DNA from: Omnitrophica WOR_2 bacterium GWF2_43_52
Lineage (GTDB): Bacteria > Omnitrophota > Gorgyraeia > Gygaellales > UBA12090
Direction: 5' to 3'
Assembly (NCBI GenBank): GCA_001805445.1
Contig: MHGF01000034.1
Span: 102,451 to 166,450 of the forward strand
DNA: 64,000 nucleotides
Part shown: in pieces, positions 53,886 through 63,980 of the stretch
Numbering within the stretch: position 1 is the stretch's first letter
How the letters are laid out: every line of letters begins with the position of its first letter
The notes under the pieces: model-generated
The model's database searches: none
The model's input: the letters and a program-made list of their open reading frames with translations, nothing else
What the model was told of the DNA's origin: nothing
Translations under genes and position numbers: made by a program

Positions 53886-55668
53886 TTCTTTTCGTTATCT
53901 TAATCCGGTTACTTCAGCCGAGCCGGGCCGCTGGAAGACCCAGAGGACGCCTTACCTGGGAGGCGTCATGGATGCCTTTACCGATCCTTTTGTCGAGGAG
54001 ATAACCGTTATGGCCGCATCGCAAGTCGGTAAAACCGAAGCCATGTTCAATATGCTCGGGTTTATCATCGACCAGGATCCGGGGCCCGCGCTTGTGGTCC
54101 TGCCGCGCGAGAGCGACGCAAAGAGCGTTTCCTGCAATCGTGTCCTGCCTATGATTCAAAGTTCTTTTGCTTTGCGCCAGCATCTTCCCAAATTCTCGGA
54201 CGATATAACGAGACTGGAGTATCATCTGGACAGGATGATTTTGTATTTTGCCGGATCTAACTCGCCCGCTGATTTAGCTTCAAGACCTATTCGTTATCTT
54301 TTCCTGGATGAGATCGATAAATACCCGAAGTTCTCAGGCCGGGAAGCCGATCCAATAAAACTCGCTACTGAACGTCAGAAGACGTTTTGGAACAGGAAGA
54401 CAATCAAAGTATCCACGCCGACTACAAGGGACGGTTATATTTTCAGGGAGTATGAGAAATCGGACAGGAGCCGCTTTTATGTCCCCTGTCCTCACTGCGG
54501 CAAGTATCAGGTCTTGGTCTTTGGCCAGATCAAATGGCCTAAGAGCGAGAAGTCAGCCGAGCGCGTCAAAAACGAACGCCTTGCATGGTATGAATGCTGT
54601 CACTGCAACAAGCACATAAAAGATTATCACAAAAATAAAATATTGTTGCAAGGCAAATGGGTGCCGGAAGACGCCGAGCTTGATGATGACGGAAGCATTT
54701 CAGGAAGTATTATAAGGAGCAAGCATCGCGGGTTTTGGATCAACTCTCTTTATTCTCCATGGCTTAGGTGGAGCGATATCGCCAGTGAGTTTATGAAATC
54801 GAAAGATTATATCGAGCTTTTGATGAACTTCGTCAATTCCTGGCTTGCCGAAGTTTGGGAAGAAAAGATCGAAGAAACCACCATTGATAAGATAAGAGTC
54901 CTCTCATGCGAGTATGACCAGGGCATCGTGCCGGATGACGCGATCGTATTGACTGCCGGTGTGGACGTCCAGAAAGACCATTTTTATTATTGTGTACGCG
55001 GCTGGGGTTACTATGAAGAGTCGTGGTTGGTTAGAGCCGACCGTGTCGAGTATTGGGAAGATATCGTAGACGCGCTTTTCAAGACGGAATACAAACGCTT
55101 ATCGAACAACGAGACTTTGCCGGTATACATGAGCTGTATCGATTCGGGATACCGCACCGATGAGGTATACCGGTTTTGCAGGGATTGGTCGGACAGGACA
55201 AAAGCCATCAAGGGACAGGAAGAACTTGCGAACGGCCGCTTCTATAGAGCTTCCAAGATAGATATCAACTCAAGGACAGGAAGCGTTATCCGCAGCGGTT
55301 TGGTTTTATGGAATTTAAACGTAAGCCAGTATAAAGATAAAATCAACCGCCTGGTAACGACCCGGGATCCTCATAAATGGCATATCTTTAAAAATCCGAC
55401 CGATGAATACTTAAGCCAGTTTACCTCGGAGCATAAGGTTCTGGTGCGCAACAGAAACACCGGCCGCGCCAGGGAAGTTTGGCAGAAGAAAAAAACGGCA
55501 GTGGCAAACCACTATCTTGACGCGGAAGTCTACGCGGTGGCCGCGGCAGACATTATCCGGGCCCTAAACATCAGGAAAGACGAGTCAGCCAGAGTGCACC
55601 AGCGCATAGTCAGCCAGGATACCAGCCGTGGAAGTTGGATCAGAAAACGCGAAGGAAACTGGCTTTAA
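53779..55668 (+). CDS. Terminase large subunit (lambda gpA-like)
   Basis: Walker A MAASQVGKTE; DEIDKYP; zinc ribbon CPHCGKYQ...CCHCNK; about 630 aa. Confidence 0.8.
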   Translation: MPEMTIVMTQDRKIWTPQEKQEWKPPEKITVSRWADSFRYLNPVTSAEPGRWKTQRTPYLGGVMDAFTDPFVEEITVMAASQVGKTEAMFNMLGFIIDQDPGPALVVLPRESDAKSVSCNRVLPMIQSSFALRQHLPKFSDDITRLEYHLDRMILYFAGSNSPADLASRPIRYLFLDEIDKYPKFSGREADPIKLATERQKTFWNRKTIKVSTPTTRDGYIFREYEKSDRSRFYVPCPHCGKYQVLVFGQIKWPKSEKSAERVKNERLAWYECCHCNKHIKDYHKNKILLQGKWVPEDAELDDDGSISGSIIRSKHRGFWINSLYSPWLRWSDIASEFMKSKDYIELLMNFVNSWLAEVWEEKIEETTIDKIRVLSCEYDQGIVPDDAIVLTAGVDVQKDHFYYCVRGWGYYEESWLVRADRVEYWEDIVDALFKTEYKRLSNNETLPVYMSCIDSGYRTDEVYRFCRDWSDRTKAIKGQEELANGRFYRASKIDINSRTGSVIRSGLVLWNLNVSQYKDKINRLVTTRDPHKWHIFKNPTDEYLSQFTSEHKVLVRNRNTGRAREVWQKKKTAVANHYLDAEVYAVAAADIIRALNIRKDESARVHQRIVSQDTSRGSWIRKREGNWL

Positions 55669-55911
55669 ATGGGCAAATGGCTTGAAAGAAAAACCAACTG
55701 GCTTAAAAACGACAATTACGACGGCGGTTTCAAAGAAAAGACGGCGGGGCGCCCGCCGAACGACAGCGAAGATTACGGAGTCAAGTTCATCCCGTTGAGA
55801 TGCCCCAGGTGCAAGAGCAAGAATGTCCTGTGTTACAAGACGGATTTTCCGATAAGGTACCACACATGCCAGTCATGCGGATGGAAATTCAAATCGATAG
55901 AGGAAAAATAA
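55669..55911 (+). CDS. Zinc-ribbon protein
   Basis: CPRCKSK...CQSCGW. Confidence 0.45.
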   Translation: MGKWLERKTNWLKNDNYDGGFKEKTAGRPPNDSEDYGVKFIPLRCPRCKSKNVLCYKTDFPIRYHTCQSCGWKFKSIEEK

Positions 55912-56025
55912 TTATTACCAGATTCTGGTAACGACTATATTGCAAAAGGATGTGGATAGGGATATTCTTTAGGTTAAAGAGCACTGCGCAAGAGGTTTGG
56001 CCACCTTGACGCGCGCCCAATAATA

Positions 56026-56066
56026 GAAAAACCCGATAACCGTGCACGGGCGGTATCGGGTTTTTT
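56026..56066 (+). terminator. Intrinsic terminator
   Basis: aaaaacccgataaccgtgcacgggcggtatcgggtttttt. Confidence 0.7.
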
Positions 56067-56089
56067 ATTGGGTAGCCAAGGAGTGAATC

Positions 56090-56305
56090 GTGAGCGCGTC
56101 GACAAAACAAGAGATGCTCGATAACGTCGAGAACGCCATCAACGCAAGGATGACAGGCGGGGCCGTCGCGTCCTACTCTATCGGCGGAAGAAATCTCCAA
56201 TATATCAGCATCACTGAATTGATAAAACTTCGAGACCAACTGCGAAAGGAAATCGCGGGCTCGAATGACACTACTACATACGCAAAGTTCGATAATCCGT
56301 CATGA
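56090..56305 (+). CDS. Head-tail joining protein (lambda gpW-like)
   Basis: 71 aa; AINARMTGGAVASYSIGGRNLQYISITELIKLRDQL. Consistent in size and position with lambda gpW (the gene between the large terminase and portal). Confidence 0.5.
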   Translation: MSASTKQEMLDNVENAINARMTGGAVASYSIGGRNLQYISITELIKLRDQLRKEIAGSNDTTTYAKFDNPS

Positions 56306-58047
56306 AAACCAAACAGAATATATCGGAAAGAATGACGACCGGCATAGACAACGTCATTTCGTTCTTTTCCCCCAAGGCCGGGTTCAAGCGAAGGATGTAT
56401 CGGGAGGCAATCAATATTTCGCATAAGTTCGGCGCTTACAAAGGGGCAAGCAGGGATCGCCTGCGCTCCTCATGGCTTCCCGGAGGAGGCTCGGCAGACC
56501 AGGATTTGCTTCCCGAATTATCAGATATCCGGGAACGCAGCCGTGATTTGAACAGAAACGACGCGCACGCCTCCGGAATCACGTCCACGATGACCATCAA
56601 CGTCATCGGCACCGGCATCAGGCCTCAGAGCAGGGTGGATAAAGAAGACCTCGGCATAACCGAATCCTTGGCGAATGATTTCCAGAAAAAAGCCGAAAGG
56701 GCATGGAAACGATGGATGCCCTACGCCGATGCCGGAGAACGAATGGACTTTTATGAAATTCAGCAGCTGGTGGACAGGCAGATACTCGAGAACGGCGAGG
56801 CCATAATCGTTCCATTGAGGTTAAAAGACGAAGACAGGCCGTATCCATTGGCCCTGCAATTGATAGAGTCCGACCGGCTCAACACCCCGACAGACAAAAG
56901 AAGCGATAGGTCAATCCGTTCCGGCGTAAAAATCGGGGAGAAGGGAGAGCCGATTTCCTATTTCATCCAAAAGACGCATCCGGGCGATATCAGCTATCGT
57001 ACGAGAGAAGAAGCAAGGCAATACATTGAGATTCCGGCCAAAGACAAAAAAGGCAGAAGGAATATTTTCCATTTGTATTATGTCTCACGGTCCGGCCAGA
57101 CAAGAGGGATTCCCTTCTTTGCCCCGGTCCTTACTTATTTCAAAGATTTAGCCGAATACGCAGAGGCAGAGCTTGTTGCCGCGCGCATTGCGGCATGCTT
57201 TTCTCTTTTCATAACATCCGAGTCATCGATGGATGTAGCGGTTAACACAGCTTACGAGAAAAATGCATCCGGGCAAATAATCGAATCGCTGGAGCCGGGA
57301 ATGATCAAACACCTGATGCCAGGTGAATCCATCACCTCATTCAATCCGCAGAGGCCGAGCGCGACGTTCGAGCCGTTCGTGGACAGGATCTTGCGGGCGA
57401 TATCCGCGGCATTGGGCCTTCCGTATGAGCTGGTGGCCAAAGATTTTTCCAAGACGAATTATTCCAGTGCCCGGGCCGCGTTACTCGAGGCCAGGAGATA
57501 TTTCAAGGTCAGGCAGGAATGGTTGGCGCAAAAGCTCTGCCAGCCCGTCTGGGAGATGCTTTTGGAAGAGGCTTATTTAAAGGACGAGATAGGCGTCAGG
57601 AACTTTTACGAAAACGGGAAACCAATCCCTGCATGGTTTAGGGCGAGATGGATATCCCCCGGCTGGTCCTGGGTGGATCCGCTTAAAGAGGTCAAGGCAT
57701 CCAGAGAAGCTATCGCAGGAAATATTTCCAGTTTAGCGGATGAGGTAGCTGGGCAAGGCAAGGACTGGGAGGAGATTTTGGAACAGAGGGCAAGAGAAGA
57801 GCAAAAAAGAAAAGAGCTTGATCTTCCGGAGATGGCCGCTGGCTCAAAAACTCCCAAAGACGAGGAAGATGAGGAAACGAAACAGGAAGAAGAAATCCGT
57901 CAGATTCTAGAAACTGCCGAAGAGGTCAGCGAGAAAAATGAAAAGTTGAGCAGTGAGCTTGCGAGGATGGGAAACGACAACAGCATCTTAAAGAAGGAAC
58001 TGGTCAACATAAAGACCAAGCTGGAAAAGGTTTTAATCGATGGATAA
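56302..58047 (+). CDS. Portal protein (lambda gpB-like)
   Basis: 581 aa; follows the gpW-like gene in lambda order; acidic Glu-rich C-terminus. Confidence 0.7.
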   Translation: MKTKQNISERMTTGIDNVISFFSPKAGFKRRMYREAINISHKFGAYKGASRDRLRSSWLPGGGSADQDLLPELSDIRERSRDLNRNDAHASGITSTMTINVIGTGIRPQSRVDKEDLGITESLANDFQKKAERAWKRWMPYADAGERMDFYEIQQLVDRQILENGEAIIVPLRLKDEDRPYPLALQLIESDRLNTPTDKRSDRSIRSGVKIGEKGEPISYFIQKTHPGDISYRTREEARQYIEIPAKDKKGRRNIFHLYYVSRSGQTRGIPFFAPVLTYFKDLAEYAEAELVAARIAACFSLFITSESSMDVAVNTAYEKNASGQIIESLEPGMIKHLMPGESITSFNPQRPSATFEPFVDRILRAISAALGLPYELVAKDFSKTNYSSARAALLEARRYFKVRQEWLAQKLCQPVWEMLLEEAYLKDEIGVRNFYENGKPIPAWFRARWISPGWSWVDPLKEVKASREAIAGNISSLADEVAGQGKDWEEILEQRAREEQKRKELDLPEMAAGSKTPKDEEDEETKQEEEIRQILETAEEVSEKNEKLSSELARMGNDNSILKKELVNIKTKLEKVLIDG

Positions 58048-58864
58048 AAAGCAAGCCATTTTGGAAAGAAACAAAATCAGCCGGTTATTGGGTACTGAAG
58101 CGCAGGACGATAACCTAGAGAGAAATATCTTTTTGCTTGAGTCTTTGGGCAGGCAGAAAGATGTCATCGATATCATCGGCAAGGTTTATGTCTTGATAAA
58201 AGAAGGACAAGAAGGCCACACGTTCAAGGATATCAAGGACGAGATACGGGAATTGATAGAAGCCCTGGGCAGATATCAGGATGCGTTCGGCAAAGAGTTC
58301 AAGGTATTCGTCAGCAATTTTCCGCCCGGCGTCAAAGAGGTAAAAATATCCAATCCGCAGGATTTCAAGCAGGAACATCCCCAATCGATAAGGGTATCCA
58401 ACCTGAAGGAGATAAAGCCTAAAGAATTCCCCGACGAGATAAGCGTAAAGCGTCCGGCTTGGTATAAAGAGTTCGATTTCGAAAAGTTATTTAAGTTTTC
58501 CAAGGATTCAAACACCGGATTTTTTAAGCAGGTCAAGACGAGCCTTTTCAATAGTTTCATCAAGAACGTAAAACCCAAAGAGGCGATACCGGTCAGGCTG
58601 GTGACGGAAGACGGAGAGAAATTTTACCGGGCAGGTAATGTTTTTGTCGGGGGCGGAAGCGACAGCGCCATTTTGGCCGAATTGAGGAAACTGGTTGGCT
58701 TCGAAATCCCGGCATACGATTATATCGCGCTTACTTATGTGCCTTCGGGTAACGGCCAGGGAGAAATCGAAACCGTGACATACAAAAAAGGCGACGCCAC
58801 GGTAGCGGTCTTGGCTTTGACGTATAACGCGGACGATGAAATCGCCGCCATAACCAGGACTTGA
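58040..58864 (+). CDS. Hypothetical protein (inserted block in head module)
   Basis: ORF only; no recognisable morphogenesis motif. Confidence 0.4.
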   Translation: MDKKQAILERNKISRLLGTEAQDDNLERNIFLLESLGRQKDVIDIIGKVYVLIKEGQEGHTFKDIKDEIRELIEALGRYQDAFGKEFKVFVSNFPPGVKEVKISNPQDFKQEHPQSIRVSNLKEIKPKEFPDEISVKRPAWYKEFDFEKLFKFSKDSNTGFFKQVKTSLFNSFIKNVKPKEAIPVRLVTEDGEKFYRAGNVFVGGGSDSAILAELRKLVGFEIPAYDYIALTYVPSGNGQGEIETVTYKKGDATVAVLALTYNADDEIAAITRT

Positions 58865-58865
58865 T

Positions 58866-59363
58866 ATGTCGATGAAATTAAACCCCATCACGGGCAAGTT
58901 GGACGTAGTCGAAAAAGGCGGCCGGGAAGAAGGGACTTTCGGTTGCACGGATCAGGCTGTTCCGGCTGGCGAGACTTATACGCTTGTCATTCCTCTTAGC
59001 CGTTCGGATTACAAGATGGGGCATTTGCTTTTATACGTTCCCCAGGCGGCCGTTTCGTCCTGGCGAAGGGCGCACTCTTACATCATGTTCACGTCCGATA
59101 TAAATAATGCCAAAGCCCAGAGCACCGGCCGAAATTATAACGTGATCAGCCTTTGTGTTTTTTACGATTGGTGGGTGAAGGCCTACGCTTATGAAGACGA
59201 CGGTTTTCTTTCAGGCAACTTTTATAACAATACGGGCTGGCAGTTGGTCAGGATCAAGAGCGTGCAGATCGTAGGCAGTACGATTGAACTGGTGCTCGAA
59301 AACGCCCATGCCACGCAGGACGCTACCGTAACCATAAAAGGAAATTTTCATGTCTACAAATAA
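58866..59363 (+). CDS. Hypothetical beta-rich protein (inserted block)
   Basis: ORF only. Confidence 0.4.
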   Translation: MSMKLNPITGKLDVVEKGGREEGTFGCTDQAVPAGETYTLVIPLSRSDYKMGHLLLYVPQAAVSSWRRAHSYIMFTSDINNAKAQSTGRNYNVISLCVFYDWWVKAYAYEDDGFLSGNFYNNTGWQLVRIKSVQIVGSTIELVLENAHATQDATVTIKGNFHVYK

Positions 59364-60549
59364 AATCCTCATGCTTATCAACGGCAGCCCTTTCGATTCT
59401 AACGGCGGCCTTGGCGTGCATACGCGCTATTTATGTGATGAGCTAAAGGATTTCGAAGACATAGAATTGACACTCCTCTCGGCCGATTATTACACGCAGG
59501 AAGGCGGGCTTTATTTGATGGGAGACAAAAAGAGACGCGTCCGTCCCGAGGACTGGAAACACGAGCCGAATCATTACCGGTTGCTTGAGGTTTATAACAC
59601 TAACCAGCTTTTGACCAGGATCGGATTCTTGCAGAAGATGATTACGGACGATATCTTTCTCGAGAACGCCCTCTCTTTTCTCGGGCACGAGAGGTTCGAT
59701 TTGATTCATTTGCACGATGCCAATTTATGGGGCGTCGCCAAGCATTTAAGAGCTTTGTATAAGTGCCCGGTTTTGATGTCCTGTCATCTTAATTTGTTAT
59801 TGTCGCATGACCGGCTTCCGGAGGATCCATTCTATCTTTATGACATCCAGCAGGAAGGATCGGCTTTATATGCTTGCAATAAGCTGTTGACGGTATCCGA
59901 GTATTACAAGCAGGCCATACAAGACGAATACTGGCTGGAAGAAAAAGCGGAAGTGGTGCCCAACGGGGTAGATTACGGATTTTTGGAGAGCATCGAATAT
60001 GACGAGGAACTCAAAAAGAAATACGATAAGCCCCTCGTGGTATTCGTGGGCCGCATGGTCCCGACCAAGGGGGTCTGGCTGATTCTGGAGTCAGTCAAGC
60101 AAATGCCGGATCACCATTTCGTTTTGATATCCGCCCTTTCGCCCACACTGGAGCCGTGCAATCCGCTTGCCCATGAAATAAAGAAAATGAAAGAGCAATA
60201 TTCGAACTTCGAATGGCGTAACTTTTGCCCCCAAGAGGATAAATGGAAATTAATGAAGGTTGCGGATATCGGGATCATGCCTTCTCTTCACGAACCGTTT
60301 GGGATCACAGCCCTGGAGTGGATGGGCATGGGAGTGCCTTTGATAGTAAGCGATACCGGCGGCTTGAAAGAATTTTGTAATGGAGATAACGCGACCCTGA
60401 TTGAGCCCACTGCGGAGAATTTGATTAAGGCTATCAGAAACCATAAGGCTGATGCCGAAAAGTTACGAAATGCAAAAGAAACAGCCAAGAGATATTCCTG
60501 GCAGAAAATCGCCGGGAAAACGAGGGACATTTATTTGTCAATGATATGA
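59350..60549 (+). CDS. GT1-family (GT-B, GT4-like) glycosyltransferase inside the phage head module
   Basis: C-terminal ...PSLHEPFGITALEWMGMGVPLIVSDTGGLKEF..., the EX7E-type GT4 motif. Confidence 0.75.
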   Translation: MSTNKILMLINGSPFDSNGGLGVHTRYLCDELKDFEDIELTLLSADYYTQEGGLYLMGDKKRRVRPEDWKHEPNHYRLLEVYNTNQLLTRIGFLQKMITDDIFLENALSFLGHERFDLIHLHDANLWGVAKHLRALYKCPVLMSCHLNLLLSHDRLPEDPFYLYDIQQEGSALYACNKLLTVSEYYKQAIQDEYWLEEKAEVVPNGVDYGFLESIEYDEELKKKYDKPLVVFVGRMVPTKGVWLILESVKQMPDHHFVLISALSPTLEPCNPLAHEIKKMKEQYSNFEWRNFCPQEDKWKLMKVADIGIMPSLHEPFGITALEWMGMGVPLIVSDTGGLKEFCNGDNATLIEPTAENLIKAIRNHKADAEKLRNAKETAKRYSWQKIAGKTRDIYLSMI

Positions 60550-60896
60550 AAGTAATAGAACTCAAAAACCCAGAAAGTTTACCAAGGGGCATTTACAGAC
60601 AAGACCAGGCGACCCATTTGAAGATCTGTAAGTACGAGCAAGAAATAAATCGGTCAGGCCAATGCCGCGAGAAGCCAGGCTATTTCACCGTTTATACGGC
60701 CAAGTGCTTCAAACAAGACGGGGTTTATATCGAGATTCCCAATTGGCCCGGCGAAGAGTTCAAGATTGAGGGCACGGAATATGACGAGATGAGGAATATC
60801 AAGACCTCGGCGAAATCTTTGGCGGACGATATAACGGAAATCATAGCAAAATTCCTCATCGACAAAGGACACGTCGAGGGGAAATTAGTCGATTAA
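60546..60896 (+). CDS. Hypothetical protein (inserted block)
   Basis: ORF only. Confidence 0.4.
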   Translation: MKVIELKNPESLPRGIYRQDQATHLKICKYEQEINRSGQCREKPGYFTVYTAKCFKQDGVYIEIPNWPGEEFKIEGTEYDEMRNIKTSAKSLADDITEIIAKFLIDKGHVEGKLVD

Positions 60897-60911
60897 AAAA
60901 GGGGGACAAGC

Positions 60912-61946
60912 ATGCCATATCAAACCGAAAAAATACCGAAAGCGGCTTTGAAGTTCAGGGAAGAAGACGTGCCGGTCGAAATCCTCACGTCTCAGGAAGG
61001 AGAGAAATCGAAGAAGCGCAAATTCAGCATGGTCGCCCATAGCGGCAAAGTCATGCTCAACCACTGGCTCTGGGGAAATCTGGCAATAGATTTATCCGGA
61101 GTTTCAATCGGCCGGAAGAAAAAGCCAGCGCTTAGGGAACACAATTCCAATCGCATCGTCGGCTGGACCGAAGGCATTAACATAGATGAAGAAAGAGGTA
61201 TCGTTGCTGAGGGTATCTTTTCGGAAAAGACCGAGGACGGCATACAGGCTCTGGAATTAGCCGACGAAGGCTTCCCTTGGCAAGCTTCTATTTACATCCC
61301 GCCCTTGGTAATCGAGAGGGTGAAGGATGGAGAAACAGCCGAAGTCAACGGCAGGAAGCTTAAGGGGCCCGGGACGATATTCAGGAAGTCCGTTTTACGG
61401 GAGGTCTCTTTTTGTGCTTTGGGAGCTGATGAGAATACCTCGGCAAGCGCCCTTAAGGATAAGGGCGATAACATAGATTTGGATGTGGAGATAATAGAAA
61501 AAAACAAAACGAAGGAGGTGGATAACATGGAGATTACTGAATTAACACTGGAAATGCTAAAGGCCGAAAGGTCTGACCTGGCCGATGCCCTTTTGAAAGA
61601 AGGCAGGGAGTCCGGAGCAAAAGAGAGCCTGGCCGCAGGAGTAAAGCAGGAGCGTGAAAGAGTTCTTGCCATCTTGAAAGAGGCCAAGGGCTTCGAAGGG
61701 ATGGAAGCTCTTGCCAATGAGGCAATAGAAAAAGGCGACAGCGTAGAGGTTGCCCTCGGAAAGTTCAAGGACAAGAGGCTATCCGAGCTTGAGAAAAATG
61801 CGCCGTCTAACCTCGGGCCTGACGGTGACGATGCCGGTAAAGGCGCAAAGAGCCATCTTGACAGGGCAAAAGCCTATCAGGCAGAGCATGGCGGAAGCAT
61901 GACAGATGCTTTAAAGGCAACGGCAGAGAAAACAGTAAAAAAATAA
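60912..61946 (+). CDS. Putative prohead protease / scaffold fusion
   Basis: Globular N-terminal ~200 aa, then a coiled-coil Ala/Glu/Lys-rich C-terminus; sits at the gpC/Nu3 position before decoration and capsid genes. Confidence 0.45.
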   Translation: MPYQTEKIPKAALKFREEDVPVEILTSQEGEKSKKRKFSMVAHSGKVMLNHWLWGNLAIDLSGVSIGRKKKPALREHNSNRIVGWTEGINIDEERGIVAEGIFSEKTEDGIQALELADEGFPWQASIYIPPLVIERVKDGETAEVNGRKLKGPGTIFRKSVLREVSFCALGADENTSASALKDKGDNIDLDVEIIEKNKTKEVDNMEITELTLEMLKAERSDLADALLKEGRESGAKESLAAGVKQERERVLAILKEAKGFEGMEALANEAIEKGDSVEVALGKFKDKRLSELEKNAPSNLGPDGDDAGKGAKSHLDRAKAYQAEHGGSMTDALKATAEKTVKK

Positions 61947-61979
61947 CAAGGTCACTTTAAAAAAAGAGGAGGGATAAAA

Positions 61980-62348
61980 ATGTCACAGCAAACAGAAAAT
62001 GGCTTAAAGACCTTTACGGCCGGAGAAGTATTGGAGGCTTACCGCCGGGTAAAGCTGAGCGCCGGAAGCGGCTCTCAGGTCGAGTATGCCGATGCTGATG
62101 AGGCTTGTATCGGCGTTACTCAGATAAAAGCCGAGGCCGTCGGAGACATGGTAACCGTTGCCTTGGTTACAACCGGCAGGACCTTCAAGGTTACCGCCAA
62201 TGAGGCAATGGCGGCTGGAGCTTCCATTTACGCCGGGGCCGACGGCAAGGTTCAGGATACGGATCCGGGCGCAGGGACAATCAGAGGCACCGCGCTTGAG
62301 GCTACGACAGCCGACGGGGATATCATCGAAGCGATCATAGGTTCATAG
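61980..62348 (+). CDS. Head decoration-like protein (DUF2190-like)
   Basis: 122 aa, Gly/Ala/Thr-rich, beta-rich; immediately upstream of the major capsid gene. Confidence 0.4.
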   Translation: MSQQTENGLKTFTAGEVLEAYRRVKLSAGSGSQVEYADADEACIGVTQIKAEAVGDMVTVALVTTGRTFKVTANEAMAAGASIYAGADGKVQDTDPGAGTIRGTALEATTADGDIIEAIIGS

Positions 62349-62393
62349 GGGCAGTTTGAAAATAAGGGTTTTCGAAAAAAGGAGGAATAAAAA

Positions 62394-63356
62394 ATGGGCG
62401 TAGAATATTCAGGAACTCATGCGAAACCGCGCCTTGAATTGGGCGTGGCGGTTATGGAGTATGTGGAGCAGGCCAAGGAGTTCATTGCGACGGCCTGTCT
62501 GCCTATCTTCAAGACAAAAAAGAAAGAGTCTTCTTTCTCGGCCATCACCAGGGAAGGCATAACGAGGGATGCCGACACCAAGCGCGCGCCTCGCAGTGCC
62601 TATAACCGTGACGGGTTCGAGGCAAAGGACCTTTCTTACAAGTGCGAGGAGCACGGCCTTGAGGGGGCATTGGATGACGGCGAGAGGGAAATGTATGCGT
62701 CCGATTTCGACGCTGAACTGGTCACGTCGCAGATCACTGCCCGCAGGTTGATGCAGGCGCAGGAGAAGAGGGTTGCGGATGCCCTTTTCAATACGTCGGT
62801 TTGGACCGGGGCGGATTTGTTTACGGATCATTCCGCTAACCCCTGGGACAACATCGCGTCCGATGTCGTCGGCCAGGTCCGTGCGGCAAGGGAAAAGGTC
62901 AGGGCAAACTGCGGGATTGAGCCCAATGCCTTGGTTTGCAGTAAGATCAACATCGATAATCTTCTGGACAACACCGGCATCAAGGATTCGATCAAGTACG
63001 TCGCTCGTCTGACCGAGGCCGAGATCCTCAACGCCTTGGCGGACATCCTGGGCTTAAAGAAAATAATCGTCGGCAAGGCAATACGCAACAGCGCCAAAGA
63101 AGGACAGTCTTTCGTAAGCGCCAACATCTGGAACGACGATTATGCCATGGTCGGCGTAATTGCGGAAGACGGCCAGAACCTGGTATTGCCGAGCGTGGGA
63201 AGGACTTTCTTGTGGATAGCCGACTCGCCGGATAACGCCACGGTCGAATCTTATAGGGACGAAGTCCATCGCAGTGACGTCTTCAGGGTGAGGCAGAATG
63301 TCGATGAGAAAATCATCGATGCTTATTTCGCTCACTTGATGCAGGTGGACGCATAG
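62394..63356 (+). CDS. Major capsid protein (lambda gpE-position)
   Basis: 320 aa; strong RBS aaggagg; position after protease/scaffold and decoration genes. Confidence 0.55.
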   Translation: MGVEYSGTHAKPRLELGVAVMEYVEQAKEFIATACLPIFKTKKKESSFSAITREGITRDADTKRAPRSAYNRDGFEAKDLSYKCEEHGLEGALDDGEREMYASDFDAELVTSQITARRLMQAQEKRVADALFNTSVWTGADLFTDHSANPWDNIASDVVGQVRAAREKVRANCGIEPNALVCSKINIDNLLDNTGIKDSIKYVARLTEAEILNALADILGLKKIIVGKAIRNSAKEGQSFVSANIWNDDYAMVGVIAEDGQNLVLPSVGRTFLWIADSPDNATVESYRDEVHRSDVFRVRQNVDEKIIDAYFAHLMQVDA

Positions 63357-63401
63357 TCGATTTCCGGCTTTTAATCTTTCGTTAAAAGGGAGGGATCGAT
63401 T

Positions 63402-63602
63402 ATGGAGCAGAAGTCTTTTCGCATAATCCTGGCCGAGCAGAAAAGTATCGGCGGTATAGTCAGAAATCCCGGGTACGTTCTCCTGGAAGGAGTGTGCCCG
63501 CAGATGTTGACGGCTGATGAGATAGGAGAACATATCCGGCTCGGGCAGGTCAAAGTAGAGGTCGTAAAATCCAAAGAGGAAGGCGGAGAGGCTCCGGTAT
63601 AA
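63402..63602 (+). CDS. Hypothetical small head-associated protein
   Basis: ORF with RBS aagggaggg. Confidence 0.3.
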   Translation: MEQKSFRIILAEQKSIGGIVRNPGYVLLEGVCPQMLTADEIGEHIRLGQVKVEVVKSKEEGGEAPV

Positions 63603-63635
63603 AGGGGCCTCTTTACTTTTTATGAGAGGTAGCCC

Positions 63636-63980
63636 ATGAGCCTTAAAGATCGGTTTTCTCTCGATGTCATCGATTGTTTCTTGAACACTGCCGAGTTTGC
63701 AGAGGTGATCACATATACACCGGAAGGACAGGCAGGCAAAGAAATCAATGCGATCGTGGTTCGCGGAAGGCTTGAGCCGGGAAGCGAAGATCAAGGCAGG
63801 GGTTTGCAGAACCAGGTGGAGGTCTATATTGCAAACGATGCGGTGGAAGGCGTCACATCCGTGGATAAAAAAGACGACCGCATAACCTTAAACGACGTCG
63901 AAGGAACAAGCCGCCAGGCGCGTATCATCGAGGTCTTACATAAAGACGAAGGGGCATGGCATTTGCTTGTGGGGTGGTAA
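63636..63980 (+). CDS. Putative head completion/head-tail connector protein
   Basis: Position after the major capsid gene in a lambda-like order; 114 aa. Confidence 0.35.
   Translation: MSLKDRFSLDVIDCFLNTAEFAEVITYTPEGQAGKEINAIVVRGRLEPGSEDQGRGLQNQVEVYIANDAVEGVTSVDKKDDRITLNDVEGTSRQARIIEVLHKDEGAWHLLVGW

Noticed and set aside
63054-63794. 246-aa minus-strand ORF
   Set aside because: Antisense to the major capsid gene and downstream genes in a uniformly plus-strand phage operon; no RBS; no motif.
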